Origin: a virus
Taxonomy: Duplodnaviria > Caudoviricetes
Virus record (IMG/VR): IMGVR_UViG_3300028591_000129
Location: 40,811 to 104,810 of that record
DNA: 64,000 nt
Reading direction: 5' to 3' (one strand)
Notes under the pieces: generated by a model
What the model was told of the DNA's origin: nothing
The model's input: the letters and a program-made list of their open reading frames with translations, nothing else
Databases searched by the model: none
Translations under genes and position numbers: made by a program
Part shown: positions 7,370 to 20,325 of the stretch, piece by piece
Layout of the letters: the number at the start of each line of letters is the position of its first letter
How positions within the stretch are numbered: position 1 is the stretch's first letter

Positions 7370-7809
7370 CATCATTTTTCTCTGCCCGCCGTCAAAATAA
7401 TACTCACCTGCGCGGGAAATAACTACACACTCTGCACTAATAAAAATCAAGCCACCACTCAACACCTGCTTGACGAAAACGCCGTTTTTTCAGGTGGGTG
7501 GGGGTATCCGTGCTCCCGTATGCTCCCTTATGCTCCGTATCGCTCCTGCTTCCCTTGCCAACACTCGCTCGGAAGGTTTTCCTATCACACGTATATGCCC
7601 CGCTCGGAAGGTTCTTGCACGGGAAATTAACTACAATCAATGACATTCAAAAAATTAGCAAGCCCCTCTCCCTCTTGCGGTTTCCATATGGTTTTCTCGG
7701 GGCAGGGGGTGGGGTGCGTGGGGCATAAAATTGCGGGCTGATTTTTGGGTGGGGGTTAAGGTCGTTTCAAGGTGTGGGGGCTGTCCCCCTATATGAAAAG
7801 AAGACAATT

Positions 7810-7836
7810 AAAAAGTCCCGCCTATTGGCGGGGCTT
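7810..7836 (-). terminator. intrinsic terminator after the FtsK-like gene
   Basis: AAGCCCCGCC-AATA-GGCGGGACTT followed by T tract. Confidence 0.7.
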
Positions 7837-7861
7837 GTGGCTGTTGGCTGTCGTTGGAAGA

Positions 7862-8542
7862 TTAACGCTTCCAAAAAGCTATAAGCGGTTCTGTATCTAC
7901 CTCGGGGAATGTCACGCGCTCGACCTTGCAACCTGTCTTGATTATTGCTTCCCCTATGCTCAACGTTTCCGCGCCTGCAATACCTAAAATAACTCTGCTC
8001 TCTGATACTGAAGAAACGGGGACGGATACACGTGTATCAAGGTTACACTTCAAACGTGTTGGGATAACCTCTGCATTGATATTCTGTGTTGCACAGATTA
8101 ACTGCACCCCTGCCGCACGTGCTATGCGTGCCAAACGCTCTAATAACTCAAAAGCTCTTTTACTTGTAAACGCAATGTCTGCAAGCTCGTCAACGATTAT
8201 ATAAAGCTTCGTGCCTGTATACTTGCGCGCGCCTGCTTGTTCCATTTCGCGGTAGCGATAGTCTACGAGTGCCAAGCACTTATTAAGCAATGCCTCTATG
8301 TCCTCGGGCTCTGTCGCGTAGCCTGCGCAATGCGCTGTATGCTTAAAACGGCTCAACTCAACGCGCTTAGGGTCTATCAAAACCATTTGACATTCTGCGG
8401 GGTTATGAGTGAGAATGTCATATATGATATTCTCAAGAAAAGTTGACTTTCCGCTTCCTGACGCGCCCGCGATTAATGCGTGGTGTGCGCTTGCTGTGAT
8501 TGCTGAAAAGACGGGGTTTCTGTTGATTGTCATTGTTGCCAT
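7862..8542 (-). CDS. stand-alone FtsK/SpoIIIE-family ATPase domain
   Basis: HALIAGASGSGKS (Walker A), LIDPK, IIVDELAD (Walker B), ARAAGVQLICATQ. Confidence 0.85.
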   Translation of the reverse strand: MATMTINRNPVFSAITASAHHALIAGASGSGKSTFLENIIYDILTHNPAECQMVLIDPKRVELSRFKHTAHCAGYATEPEDIEALLNKCLALVDYRYREMEQAGARKYTGTKLYIIVDELADIAFTSKRAFELLERLARIARAAGVQLICATQNINAEVIPTRLKCNLDTRVSVPVSSVSESRVILGIAGAETLSIGEAIIKTGCKVERVTFPEVDTEPLIAFWKR

Positions 8543-8859
8543 TGCTTACACCCCCTCTCTAATTGCCTTGATAGCCTTAATGTATCCCTCAACCTGCGAA
8601 ACTGTCAGATAGTGACCAAAGCGGTTTAACAGCTCTGTTGCCTTGTCTGCGTCCCTAAACAGCTTAATCTGATTGTCGAGTAATACCCTAATGTCTGCGG
8701 GGTTTATTCTTGTGTCTTTCATAGTGTTTTACCTCTTTGCTTTCTATGAGTTTTCGTGGGGAATTGCTCGGTATCCCCTACTAATAGTATACGCCTCTCT
8801 TCCTTATTTGTACATACCACTTTTCTAAACAAAAAGTTCAATATAGCTTAACTTGTATA

Positions 8860-8966
8860 TGTCCCATTAATGGGGCACTTCCGTGCAACGGTTAGCACTG
8901 GCTAACTGATATGTCCTATTATTGGGATACAGAACAAACACGGCAAGCTGTCCCATTATACGGACA
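8860..8966. promoter_or_regulatory. three copies of an 18-bp palindromic operator (consensus TGTCCCATTAATGGGACA)
   Basis: copies at 8860, 8912, 8949; more at 15565, 16708, 17632, 25754, 30897, 56459. Confidence 0.6.
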
Positions 8967-10005
8967 CACTGTAATTGTCAAAACGACTTGACACCCCTGC
9001 CCCTCAAAAATATTTTTCTGTCGGAGCTGACCCCCTGCCCTCGCGCGCACGCCTGCACGGGCGCATTCGCACGCTCGGAACTGCTGACCAAACCACAGCA
9101 AAAAGTTCGTTGCGAACTACACACTCCCCGTGACTGCGTTGGACTGCCCGCCTGCTGTCTGTTCTCTGCTGTCGGATATTCACTGCAAAATAAAAGACAC
9201 CTGCCGTGTTAGCAAGTGCCCTTTACTGCCTGTCTATACTGTCCGTATTACGCGTTATATATCGGTAGGCTTTCCTCTGCGATTACGCGATACTTGCCGT
9301 GTATAATATCCTCTATTGTCTCTATATCGACGCCCCACGCGTCAGCTACGAAACGACGGCAAGTCTTATAGTTATTCTCTAATATCCTGCATATAGCGCC
9401 ATAGTTGTATTCGTCCTCGGGGCGCTGTTCAAGACGTGTCTCCATATCCTGCCACTGCTCGCGAAGTCTGCGAAGCTCGTTATAGATTGCTGTCTCTGCG
9501 TTATTAAGTACGATAATATCTGTATACATAATTATGTCTCCTGTCAATAATGTTGAGTATCGTTTGGCTCGGAATGTCAGCGCGGTCAGACCATACGCCA
9601 ACCGCACCAATATGCCTCGTTGTATCCGTCCACGAAAGCGTCCTCAAGGCTCTCCTCGCCCATTGCAAGCTCGCGCTCTGTAAAGTCGAGCACTCTCTGC
9701 TGAAAAGCAAGCTGTGCCTCATAGTATCTGTCCATTGCTTCCTCGAATGTAACCTGTGCGAATGTAACCTTTGCCATTGTTCTAATCTCCTTTATATGAG
9801 TTTTATGAGTGTTAGCACCTAACGTGCTTGTAAGTATAGTATATACCACATAGGATAAAATGCAATACATTTTTTCACATTTTCCAAAAATTCTTTTTAC
9901 CCGTCCTGACTGCCTACTCTCCAATCAAAACAAAACACCGATAATCTCGGTATCTTCAGGTGTCAGCTACACCTCTTTTCGTTGGTTTGGTATTTACAAC
10001 GAGCA

Positions 10006-10060
10006 AAAATGTCAATCTGAAATTGACGTATCTAAAATGTCAATCTGAAATTGACGTATC
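10006..10060. repeat. 27-bp tandem direct repeat, each copy containing an inverted repeat
   Basis: AAAATGTCAATCTGAAATTGACGTATC at 10006 and 10034 (GTCAAT-N5-ATTGAC). Confidence 0.85.
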
Positions 10061-12479
10061 AGTGCGCGTGCCTGCCTGAAGAGTTCACAATAGCCACCAA
10101 CCGCCGACGAAATGCGGAAGCTACACGTCGTGCTGTGCGCACTCGGCTGTCCTGTCCGCCTGTCACTGAAGCATACAAAAAGGGGCGCTGTACACGCCCC
10201 CTGTCTGCTGTCCTGCGCTGTCCTTAATTCAGATACAGCACACGCCCTGTTACTGTCTTTACTCGTGACGGTTCACCGTGGAAATATCCAACGACTGCCA
10301 CATAGGAATTAACGATACCGTTAACTGTGCCCTCTTCGTAGTACTTGATAAGCTCTTCGTACTGTCTGCGCTTTACTTCCTGAAGTTCCATTGCCTTGAT
10401 AATGCTCGTTGTCATATTACTTCTCTCCTCTCTTCATTCTCTCGATAATTTCTGCCTTAACAAGCTCGTAGTCCTCGCACCTGTCCTCGTCAACGGGATT
10501 GAAATTGTTTACGTACCACAGAAAACGCTCCATAAGCTGTTCTGCCGTGTCTTTCTGAATGATTGCCTTATGTGTTGCTCTTCTCTCGTCTGTCATATGC
10601 TTATACCCCCTTTGTATACTCGCGAATTAAATATGCCTTATGTATCTGAATAGCGATACGCTTTGCCTGACGAAGCTGTGCTTCTGTAAGCTCGCGTCCT
10701 GCCTGTACTCTCTTTGCGAAAGAATGAACGTACTCGTATCCAATATATGTGTATACGGGTGCAACGTTATCAGCGGGAACGTTAACGCCTGCAAGCTCTG
10801 CGAGAAGCTCTGCCTCATTGGCGTAGATAGCTGTCCACTTTACGGGCTTCAAGCCCTCGCCATACTGTGCCTCTGTCTCTCTGCAAATTCTCTGTGCTTC
10901 ATTAATAGTCATAATCAAATCTCCTGTCTATGAGTTTTCCGAACTGTGATTATAGATTAACATATCTCGTGGTAAATACAATAGGTTTATGTTACAGTAA
11001 TGTTACAAACAGATTACAAACGAGAGCAACAGGTTGACAACTACTTCAGAAGTCATTCGTCCTTCGCTCGGTCAGCTACATTCATTTTTGCCTCGAAGCA
11101 GACCTCTCGGCTTTCCTCTACTCGGCTCGGAAAACCTGCAAACCCCTGAAAACACTGCATTTGCAGGCAAATCAGCCCTCAAGTCAGCTCACAGGCTGTG
11201 CGGAAGCTACACTCACGCCTCGTGCCTGCGATTGGCGCGTACCAAGAATGTCTGCAATAGAAAAACGGGAACTGTGCCCCGCTTCTCCTGTCGTGCTGTA
11301 TGCTATGTTCTCGGACTTAACTTCTCATAGCACACGCCCAATTGACGGCGTCTCGTGCCATACCGTATTCCTTGCCTGTCAACCACACGATACCTCGTGC
11401 GTCTCTGCCCATAAAGACGTCGAGCAAGTCTCCAAGGTCATTAATGAGCTTCTCGTACCTCTCGTCCTCTTCAGCAGTAAGCGTGCCGTTGAACGCCTTG
11501 TCAGAACGCTCATTCATAGCACGATTACGTCTGAATATAATGTCGTGCGCGTGCTTCTCTACGTTGAACGGATACCTCTTCTGTGCCATAACTTATACCC
11601 CCTTTACAAGCTCGCAATTAGCAACGTTAATCTTACCGCCCTCTACGAAGTAAGCATATGTTGCTACCCAACGTCCATATCTGTCATTGAAGTCACAAAT
11701 CTTACGAACTGTACCTATGAAGCCGTGCTCGATTGTTCTGCCCTTAACAACACGGACTGTATCTCCCTCAAGAATGATACCGCGAGAGTGCAGGAAAGCT
11801 CTGCGTGCTTCCTCGTTAATCTCCATATAGTACAGCTCGTCATTATCGTGTGAACCGTCAGCATAATCATAATCTCTAACACAACAGGAATTAACCTCGT
11901 TAGTTACAGGATTATAGAAAGTTGCTGTAACGAATGTTCCGCCCTCGTGGGATACCTTATAGAACTTATTCTCTAACATTTGCTTTACCCCCTTATGCAC
12001 GTTTAACACCGACGACTACTCCGTTTACCTCACGCTCGTCCATAACGTCGTCGTAACAGGACGTTGCAACGGCTACTTCCATAGCGGAAACCGTAGCATT
12101 TCCACAAATAGCTACTGCGAGCCATCTTTCGACCTCAACCTCTTCTACGTAATTGGATACTGTGTACTTGAACATAATCAAAATCTCCTTTGCTTGTTAT
12201 GAGTGTTCTGCACTTCCGTGCTTGTGAGTATAGATTATCACATTTCGTAGTGATTACAATGCCCTTTATGTTACAAATATGTTACAAAACTGCACCAAAT
12301 CGACAGCTCCGAGCGCCATTCAAAAGCTACACTCGCCCCAAAAATCACAGAAAATACCAAAAAGTGCCTCGAAAGCGGGCGGTCAGCTACACCTGTTTTT
12401 GCTCCGAGACGAATTGATGACAAACAAAAAGACGGAAGTTGTATCCGCCTCTCTGCATATATAGGAGATTTTAGATTGA

Positions 12480-13106
12480 TTACTCTGACTTTACTCTCTT
12501 CGCTGTTGCCTCTCTGTAATAGTTGTTGATATTGTCCTTGTCGCCTGTCTCAAGTTCGTCAGTGAACGGCATTCCTTTAACGTTTGTTCCGTTAACTCGT
12601 CTGTTGTCTCCGAAGCCCTGCACGGTCAATGTCTTGAACTCGCCTTTCCAATTCTGAACGATAATTCTGTCGCCCTTTTTAAGGTCTGCTGTCGGTACGT
12701 CTTCTGCGTGCCAATATTCTGCACCAATAGGGCGTGCCTGTCTCTCGTCGATAGCCTCAAGCATTTCGTTAAGCTCGTATGTATCCTGCTCTATTCCACG
12801 GAAATACTCGCGCCCTGTGATTTTCCACCCCTCGACAATGTATGTTCCGTTGTCGCCGTTGTCAGTGTCAAGTCTGTCCAATGTGTCGATACCTACGGAA
12901 AGTCCGTCGTCTCCGAAGAAGTTAGCGATAACCTGTGCAAGTCTTGCGAAGCCGTAGCAGTCTGTATCAGGTGCACGGAAACCTCTTATCTCGCAATACT
13001 TCAGGAAAGCTTCTACGCTGTCCCTGCCACCATTCCAATGAAGATAGATACCAATACCGTTATTCTCGAAGTTCTCACGTGTTGTTATAACTGCTCTGTT
13101 GCCCAT
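12480..13106 (-). CDS. hypothetical phage protein
   Basis: MGNRAVITT...IYLHWNGGRDSVEAFLKYC; GGAGG RBS. Confidence 0.75.
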   Translation of the reverse strand: MGNRAVITTRENFENNGIGIYLHWNGGRDSVEAFLKYCEIRGFRAPDTDCYGFARLAQVIANFFGDDGLSVGIDTLDRLDTDNGDNGTYIVEGWKITGREYFRGIEQDTYELNEMLEAIDERQARPIGAEYWHAEDVPTADLKKGDRIIVQNWKGEFKTLTVQGFGDNRRVNGTNVKGMPFTDELETGDKDNINNYYREATAKRVKSE

Positions 13107-16100
13107 TATCTTATACCTCCTCAAAGCTTGCTACTCTTGTTAAGTGGTTGTGATTTCCGCCTGTATACACCGTTGCGTGGTGCTCTTTTGCGTACTTAAT
13201 AGCTGTATCCTCTTCCCATACATATGCGTGAACTGTCGCGTCCTTTGAGCTTCCTACCAAGAACCAATAACCATACATATAATAGTTATCGCGCCAGTCC
13301 TCAATGGAAAGATAGTGGTGCTTGTGTGTTACCATTCTGTCTGCTGTACTCATTGATAAAATCTCCTTTTGCTTGTTATGAGTTTTCCAAATTGTGATTA
13401 TACAATAGCAAAGTATTTACCACCTGTCAAGCATTATTTTCACATTTTCAGAAAAATAATTAAAAATACTACCGAACTCAACAAAGACGGGAGCTACAAC
13501 TGTTTTAGATTGTTTGGTATTTACTGCTCGGCTCACCTGTCAGACAGTACCAAGGAAACCACTGCAAACTCCAACCACTGCCGACATTCAGCGCTTCCGA
13601 GAAGCTACACACTGTCGGTGGTCGGCGGGCTGTGCGCGTTTTCCTGCGCGACAAAAGGGCGGGATTTGTCGTCCCGTCCCTCTGTCATAAATATAGGAGA
13701 TTTCGCGTAGATTGTCTTAATGAATACGAACTAAAAGCTCCGCTTCAATTGCTGTCAGAATTCTATTCAAGTCCTTGTATCTGTCACTGTCTTGATGGTG
13801 AATGTATTCACGTGACGCGCGGGCTGAATAGTCCCTGTGGTAACTTAACAGGCGGGCGCTGTCAAGCTCTCTGCACTTTGCTGTTATCTCATTAATATCA
13901 GTCAACATATTTTCACCCCTCTCTTAATTGTAATACCAAACGATATACTTGCTTTCTGTAACACGTCCCTGCGCGTCTCTCGCTTCCCACGGTGTATAGT
14001 GGGCGGGTTTATGTGTCCTGATATATCTCGTGCAATGCGCGTTAATTCTGATAACCTCTGCGCGTGCCTCTCTTTCCGTGTCCGCGAATTCAAAAGTAAG
14101 TCTGTAACGTCCTCTCATTGTCAATCCTCCTCTACTGCCTTTCTGATAAGCTCCTGCTCTTCAAGCGTGATTAAGCCAAGAAGATACAGAATATGTGTTG
14201 CACCCTTTGCCTGCTCCTGCACTTTAGTGTCGTCCCCAAGTGCGATACAGTTACGCAAATATCTGCGAAGCTCTCTGTTATCCTTACCAAGTCTCTCAAC
14301 TGTCTCAAGCGCCTGTAAATACTCGTTCATTGTGTTTGTTCCTTTCTATGAGTGTTTATGCGATAAGCTCTGCGGGTGTTCCTAACAGCTCTGCTGTTCT
14401 TTCCTTGCTATATGTGAAAAGGTCGAAGAAATCTTCACTTGTGATAGCCTTATCATTAGCGATAGCCTGCAAAATGTCCATTACCTGACAGTTGCTTGTT
14501 GCTACTGCGATTAAAACCTTGTACATTCTTGCCTTTGTCATTTCCCCGTCCTGCCTTTCTATGAGTTTTCCTTTGTTAAGTATAGAATATCACTTTCGGT
14601 GGTAAATACAATACCCCTTTAGCTGTTTTATGTTACAGTTGTGTTACAAACAGATTACACTGTCAATCTGCTCTTGACACCGCAGGCAACAGGTGGCACT
14701 GTCAGCTACACCCGTTTTTGCTCTGAAACTGCTCCTCTCCGCCTGCTTCTGTCTACCGTCAGCTAACAGCAAAACGGCGGAAATGCCTGATATTACTGCG
14801 TTTCAGCCTGTCCGTCAGCCCAACCGAACCACAGCAGACCGAGCTCCTCGCGCGAAGCTACACTTCGTGGGTGCGGAATTCGGGCATACAAAAAGCGGTC
14901 TGTGTGACCGCCTCTGCTTATTCTTCCTCGTCGGGAACTGCTATCTGTACCACTCGACCGTTCCACCAAACCTCTTTGCCTGTGACCTCTTCAAACATAA
15001 ACACACAAGTCATAAAACGCTCGTGTACACGGTGCGCAATGTCTGTAAGGGATACTTCACACGCCTCAAGATACTCGCTGTAAAGCTCATTCAGATAATC
15101 CAAAGACTTCTTCTCGTATTCTGTCAACTCTGCCATACTTGCACCCCCTCACTCTACGACAAACCTAACAACTACTCCGTCGTCCTCGTCTAACCACTCT
15201 TCCACAAAACCGTTATCCTCTCCGTCGTACTGCCAAGAATACGTTGTATCTATGACGTCGTCCTCTCTCCAAAGCTCAATCTGCATATCAGGTGCACTCT
15301 CCATATATTCGCTGTACTTCTCATAAAGACGGATTGCTTCCTTTACAGACTTCGCACGAACTACTTCGTCCATAACCTCGGCAAGTGTCATAGTATTTGA
15401 CGCCTCACCGCAGTACTTGTCCCAAGCTCGCTCTACCATTAAATCGTAATTGTCGTAAACGTACATTTTGAAATCTCCTTTGCTTGTTATGAGTGTTTAA
15501 ACTGTACTTACATTATATCACTTCCAATAGTGAATACAACCCCTAATTTACACTTTTTCCAAACTGTCCCATTAATCGGACTTTCTCGCGGAGCTACACC
15601 GTGTCGGTCTGTGCGTGGTTGGTCGGGGCTGTCAGAATTCGGGCATATTAAAAGGGCGGTTACTGTCCGCCCCTTATGTTATCAGTAGTGATTGTATCCT
15701 GCTTCTGTGTGCTCTCTTGCAATCTGTACAACCTTTCTTGGATAATCGCCGTTAGGATAATATCTCTTAACCTGTGCGGGTCTTGCTATGAGCTTTGTGA
15801 TAATGTCGTTTGTTGTGTTGTTGTAAACTATGATAATTCCGTTATCTGTCAGCTCGTGTCTCTCTAATCCGTGCCAATGTCCTCTGTCTACGTAGAACTT
15901 GCCTATAACGTTTCCCTGTCCGAGGTACTTAATGAGCTCTTCGCGGTACTGTCTATCGTTCATATAGTGTCTGCTAACTGCCATTGTCTTTTCCCCCTTA
16001 TGAGTGTTTTGAGCGATACCCTGTATCTGATTATAGAATATCACCTTTGGTGGTATTTACAATAGGTAAATCGTAGTGTTCACAATTCGTTAACATTTGC

Positions 16101-17201
16101 CAACTCTCCCTGTCACCACGGTGCGAAAAGGTCAGCTACACCTGAATTCTGCTGTGGGTTTGCGGGCATAATAAAACGCCCCTGTTAAGGGACGTCTTAC
16201 CTCTGCTGTCAATGTGCCGTGTGCCCTATTATGCTACCCCCTCAAGCTTGATAGTTGCGGACAGTTTGCAAAGGTTGTTATAGTTCTTCTTGGTTACTGT
16301 CTCACCAATTACCTCTGAGCTCTCCTGTATTACTCTATAACAGCCCGACTCCAAAGGATAAAGAGTGTTAACAATATGCACGGGCTTGTGCACCTCTGTG
16401 ATTGTGCCGTTCTCTCTGACGTACTCAGAGGCATATCTGATTTTGTGCTGTGTATATGTGCCGTCCTCGTGCTTGATATTCTTGATAAGTGCCTTTTCGC
16501 TCCAAAGTACATAATACTCAACGTCAAATCTGAAAGAGCCGTACTTCTTAGCCTCTGTATCCCACTTAATAGCCTTTTCTCTTGTAATGCTTGCCATTGT
16601 TCTAATCTCCTTTATATGAGTTTTATGAGTGTGTACCTATTGGGTACGATATGAGTATATACCACTATGCAATTCAATGCAAGCCCTTTTTTGAATATTT
16701 TTTCAGGTGTCCCATTATTCGGACAGTTTGCGAAGCTACACCGAGGCGGTTAAAAAGCGGGATTGCTCCCGCCTTGTGGTCACGCCTCTTCGTGCTCGAT
16801 AAAGGCTCGAAGAATTGTGTCGCCTGCTACCTCTGCGTTCTGCCTTATCTGCTCGTCTGTAAGCTCGTTGTATTCCATTGACAATCTGATAAGCTCAACT
16901 GCACGTTCTACCAACTGCTCGTGTGTTGCGTTGCGTGTGTCTGTCATACCTTGCACCCCCTTATGCTGTAAGCTCGTTGTATCTGTTCTTGAGTACGTCT
17001 ACGCGGTATCTTGCCTGATTTGCGTAGTCCTCGTCGCCGTAATTGTTGATACGGATATTGTATACCTCGGTGTAATAGCGGATTTCTCGCCTAATCTCGC
17101 GTGTGTCTGTCATAGCATTAACACGGGCATTGATTACTTCTCTATATCCTGCGGGTACATAATAGTTAACGTTCATTTTCTTTCGTCCTTTCTATGAGTG
17201 T

Positions 17202-17516
17202 TTATGCAACCTTTTTAGGCTGTGTGCCAAGCTCTACCGTCTGCTCGTATGTGAAGAAAGACGTTGCGAAGTATCCGCGTGCTTTCTTGGGAGCTAAAAG
17301 GTCAATCTGTGCAACGTGTGTCTCGTCGTGTCTTACTTCACGTCCTACGAGTGTCCAACCATACCACGTTCTAACTTCGCCGTATGTGTCGCGGATTTCT
17401 GCTACTGCCTTTGCGTCTACCCAAGCAAGGTGCAGGCAGTTAGCGAATGTGCCATAGCGTCCGCTTCTGTATGCCTCGTGTGCCTTTTTCATAATAAGCT
17501 TCTTGTCGTATCTCAT
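17202..17516 (-). CDS. small protein with possible ArdC-N-like ssDNA-binding motif
   Basis: VRTWYGWTLVGREVRHDE resembles the T-x2-W-x3-G-x2-V-x3-E signature. Confidence 0.35.
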   Translation of the reverse strand: MRYDKKLIMKKAHEAYRSGRYGTFANCLHLAWVDAKAVAEIRDTYGEVRTWYGWTLVGREVRHDETHVAQIDLLAPKKARGYFATSFFTYEQTVELGTQPKKVA

Positions 17517-17973
17517 TGCTAAAATCTCCGTTCTATGAGTGCGTCAAGTTATCTAACTTGCACCTTAAGTATATCGAAGTACTTACCACTTGTCAACACT
17601 ATTTTTAATAATTTTCCAAAGTCGCGCAAAGTGTCCCAATAATCGGACAGTTTTCAGAAGCTACACTGCGTGATATTTCGCAGAAATGGCTCGGGGAGCT
17701 ACACCTGTTTTCCTGCTGAAACGGAACTGCATTAGAAAAGGTGGGCTTGTCAACCCACCCTGTATGCAAGGTACTCGGTATTCCCTACCGTGCCACCGTA
17801 CATTCCTGTACGTCCTCGTTTTAGCTTGTATCCGACGTATTCTGTGACCTCGTCAAGCCCTTTGCAGTATATCTCAGGCGCGTTCTCTAACGCCTGCATA
17901 TATGCGTCCCTGTCCATTCCTTTAGTAAGCTCAACTTTCTTTACTGCGTAGATATTCATATACTGACACCCCC

Positions 17974-18492
17974 TTATGCTGTCTTTCCATTAACGGGCTC
18001 TTTAAGGAACTTCTTGAGCTGTCGCGCTGTCTTGAAGCCGTCGAACTTAAGTCCTGCAAGCTCTGTAAGTTTTACGTCTTCCTTATACAGAATATCCCAA
18101 TAGGTGTAATCTGTTGTGAATGACCTGTACAAGAAGTCGCAACCCTCGGGAGAATAACCTGTCTCTGTCTCCATTGTATGCGCCCACATACCGTTAGCAC
18201 AACCGCTGACGCCTACCTTGAAGCAGACATAGCCTGTGAAGCCAAGCTCGATAGCTGTCTCCAAGAACTGCCTCATTTGGTAAAGCCTTGTCAGTGACAG
18301 CTTGTCAATCCACCAATCGAAGATTGACAACTCTTTGCACACCTCGCGCATTTCAAAGTACAACGGTGTATAATACTTGCGCTCGCAGTAAGACATATTG
18401 TCCCAATTAGCCTTTCTCTCCTCAAGAATAAAGATACGCTCGTTTACCCTTGCCAATACTTCCTGTGCGTTCTTGTCTGAATACTTACCCAT
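17974..18492 (-). CDS. hypothetical protein
   Basis: 172-aa ORF with AAACTCATA leader and AGGAG RBS. Confidence 0.75.
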   Translation of the reverse strand: MGKYSDKNAQEVLARVNERIFILEERKANWDNMSYCERKYYTPLYFEMREVCKELSIFDWWIDKLSLTRLYQMRQFLETAIELGFTGYVCFKVGVSGCANGMWAHTMETETGYSPEGCDFLYRSFTTDYTYWDILYKEDVKLTELAGLKFDGFKTARQLKKFLKEPVNGKTA

Positions 18493-20325
18493 TGATTTAA
18501 TCTCCTTTACTGTTTATGAGTTTGTTTTACTGTACCCATATTATAGCGCGTACTACCCGCCCTGTGTGTTACAGTTGTGTTACAAACACATTACAGCGCG
18601 GACAGCCACGGCGAGCCCCAACCCCCGACGGGCACGCACCGCGGAGCGGTTGGTGTAGCCACCTCGCAGGGGCAAAGAAAAACGGGGTGAACCCCCGCTT
18701 CTCAACCGTCTGCCCACTCTCGGGCTTCCTTTAGATTGTCCTGATACTCGTCAGCAGTAATCGGTAAGCTTACCGTGTAAATCGGGCTTCCGTCTGTCCA
18801 ATCGTAAATCGCGGTGACTGTGCACCCGATAGACTGAAAAGCACACGCGACCTCGTCCCCATAGGTAGTCAACCCGTAATCGGACACTATTTTGTTAATG
18901 TAGGTCGCTACGTTACTCTCGTCTATGCCCCAATCACTCCACTGTACCCTGCCTGCAACTTCCCTGATATTATCCGCTGTCAACATATCGTCTACCCCCT
19001 CAACGCTCTATACCTGCAAGCTCGTCATACCTCGCGTCTGCCAAGCACTGCCAACGCTTGATAGTATGGTCAGAGTGAACGTTCTTAACGAGCTTCCTGA
19101 CGTCGTCATAGAATGTATCAACATTAGTAAGCGTATTGAGCTTGTCAATTCTCTTATAGTCGTTTCTTTCCATTGCGTAATCGTATGTCATTTTGTTTTA
19201 CCCCCTTAAATAAGCTTCCAACCGATACCCTGTGTCTTATACGCGATACCGCAGTAATCGAGAACCTTTACAACGTCAGAATTGATTGTCGTGGTCTGCT
19301 CGCCACGGTAAATATCCACTAACTCGTAGATACCATAAGGAGTAATACTGATACCCCTTACAGCGTGACCGTCCATAAGTGCGTTGATAACATTTGCTAA
19401 CTTTTCCATACTGAAATCTCCTTTGTATGAGTTTTAAAATTGTGCCTTTAGTTTATCACGGTGGTATTCACATTGCAAGCGATTTCACGTTTTGTAACCT
19501 GTTTGTAACATTCAGTCAGGGGCGTCGGTGGCTTCTCTGAAGCTACACCTCGCGGGTCGTGTGGTCGGCTGTGCTCGGGGCATAAGAAAAGGGGCTTCCT
19601 GCCCCTTAATCCCACTCAAGATATACGTCAGTGATATGTTCGTTGTCGACCCCCATACATTCTCGACAGTACCGCTTAGCCTGCCTGCTACTCACTGCTC
19701 TGCACCTGTAATGATAATGAATTCCGCACACGACGTATACGACACAATACGGCTTTAACTGCATACTCACACCCCCTCTATTCTGATAATGTCTTCCTTG
19801 CCAACAGTCTTATAGTTGTATCTGTCAACCTTGAAGTAATACAAGCTTGTTCCGTCAGGAATGAAATAGCTTATTGCGTGAAGCTTACGCTCAAAATCAA
19901 CGCAAGTATAGGGACTTGTGAAGTGTCTTTCTCTGTAAATAACTGTCATACCGATAATCTCCTTTACGTGTTATGAGTTTTCTTAATGTGCCCACAGTAT
20001 AGCATATGTGACTGCTCCGTAGGTTACAGCTGTGTTACAAACAGGTTACAAAAGCAAGCTCGAAGTTGACAGCTCCGAATCAACGAGTCGGCAGAAGCGA
20101 GCTTTCAGCTACACCCCAAAAATAGCAAAAGTTGCTCCAAGGTCAGTATTCCGACTGCGGGATTAGCGGTTTCCTGCACGGAAGCAATGGTTTTATCGGT
20201 GCTCGGGTCTCTACTCGCTTATAACACGTCTTACCGTAGCCCAATATCCGTGCTTCCTCGTTCTTCAGCCTGCGCCCACAGCGCAAACAGTACTTGTACT
20301 CTTTCATTCCTGCCTGCCCCTTATA

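Larger units (their letters stand above)
8546..20120 (-). other. array of short transcription cassettes (promoter, 1-5 small hypothetical ORFs, terminator, non-coding spacer); probable early/host-takeover region
   Basis: about 15 units; hairpin plus T-tract terminators at ~10180, 11265, 12430, 13655, 14890, 15650, 16175, 16755, 17740, 18680, 19590; repeated leader and spacer motifs. Confidence 0.75.

Noticed and set aside
7700-7707. GGGCAGGG KOPS site beside the FtsK-like gene
   Set aside because: Single copy within a G-rich tract, and the protein lacks the gamma domain that reads KOPS.
8546-20120. True integron cassette array
   Set aside because: No tyrosine recombinase in the window, no attC-like long imperfect palindromes, and the cassettes carry their own promoters.
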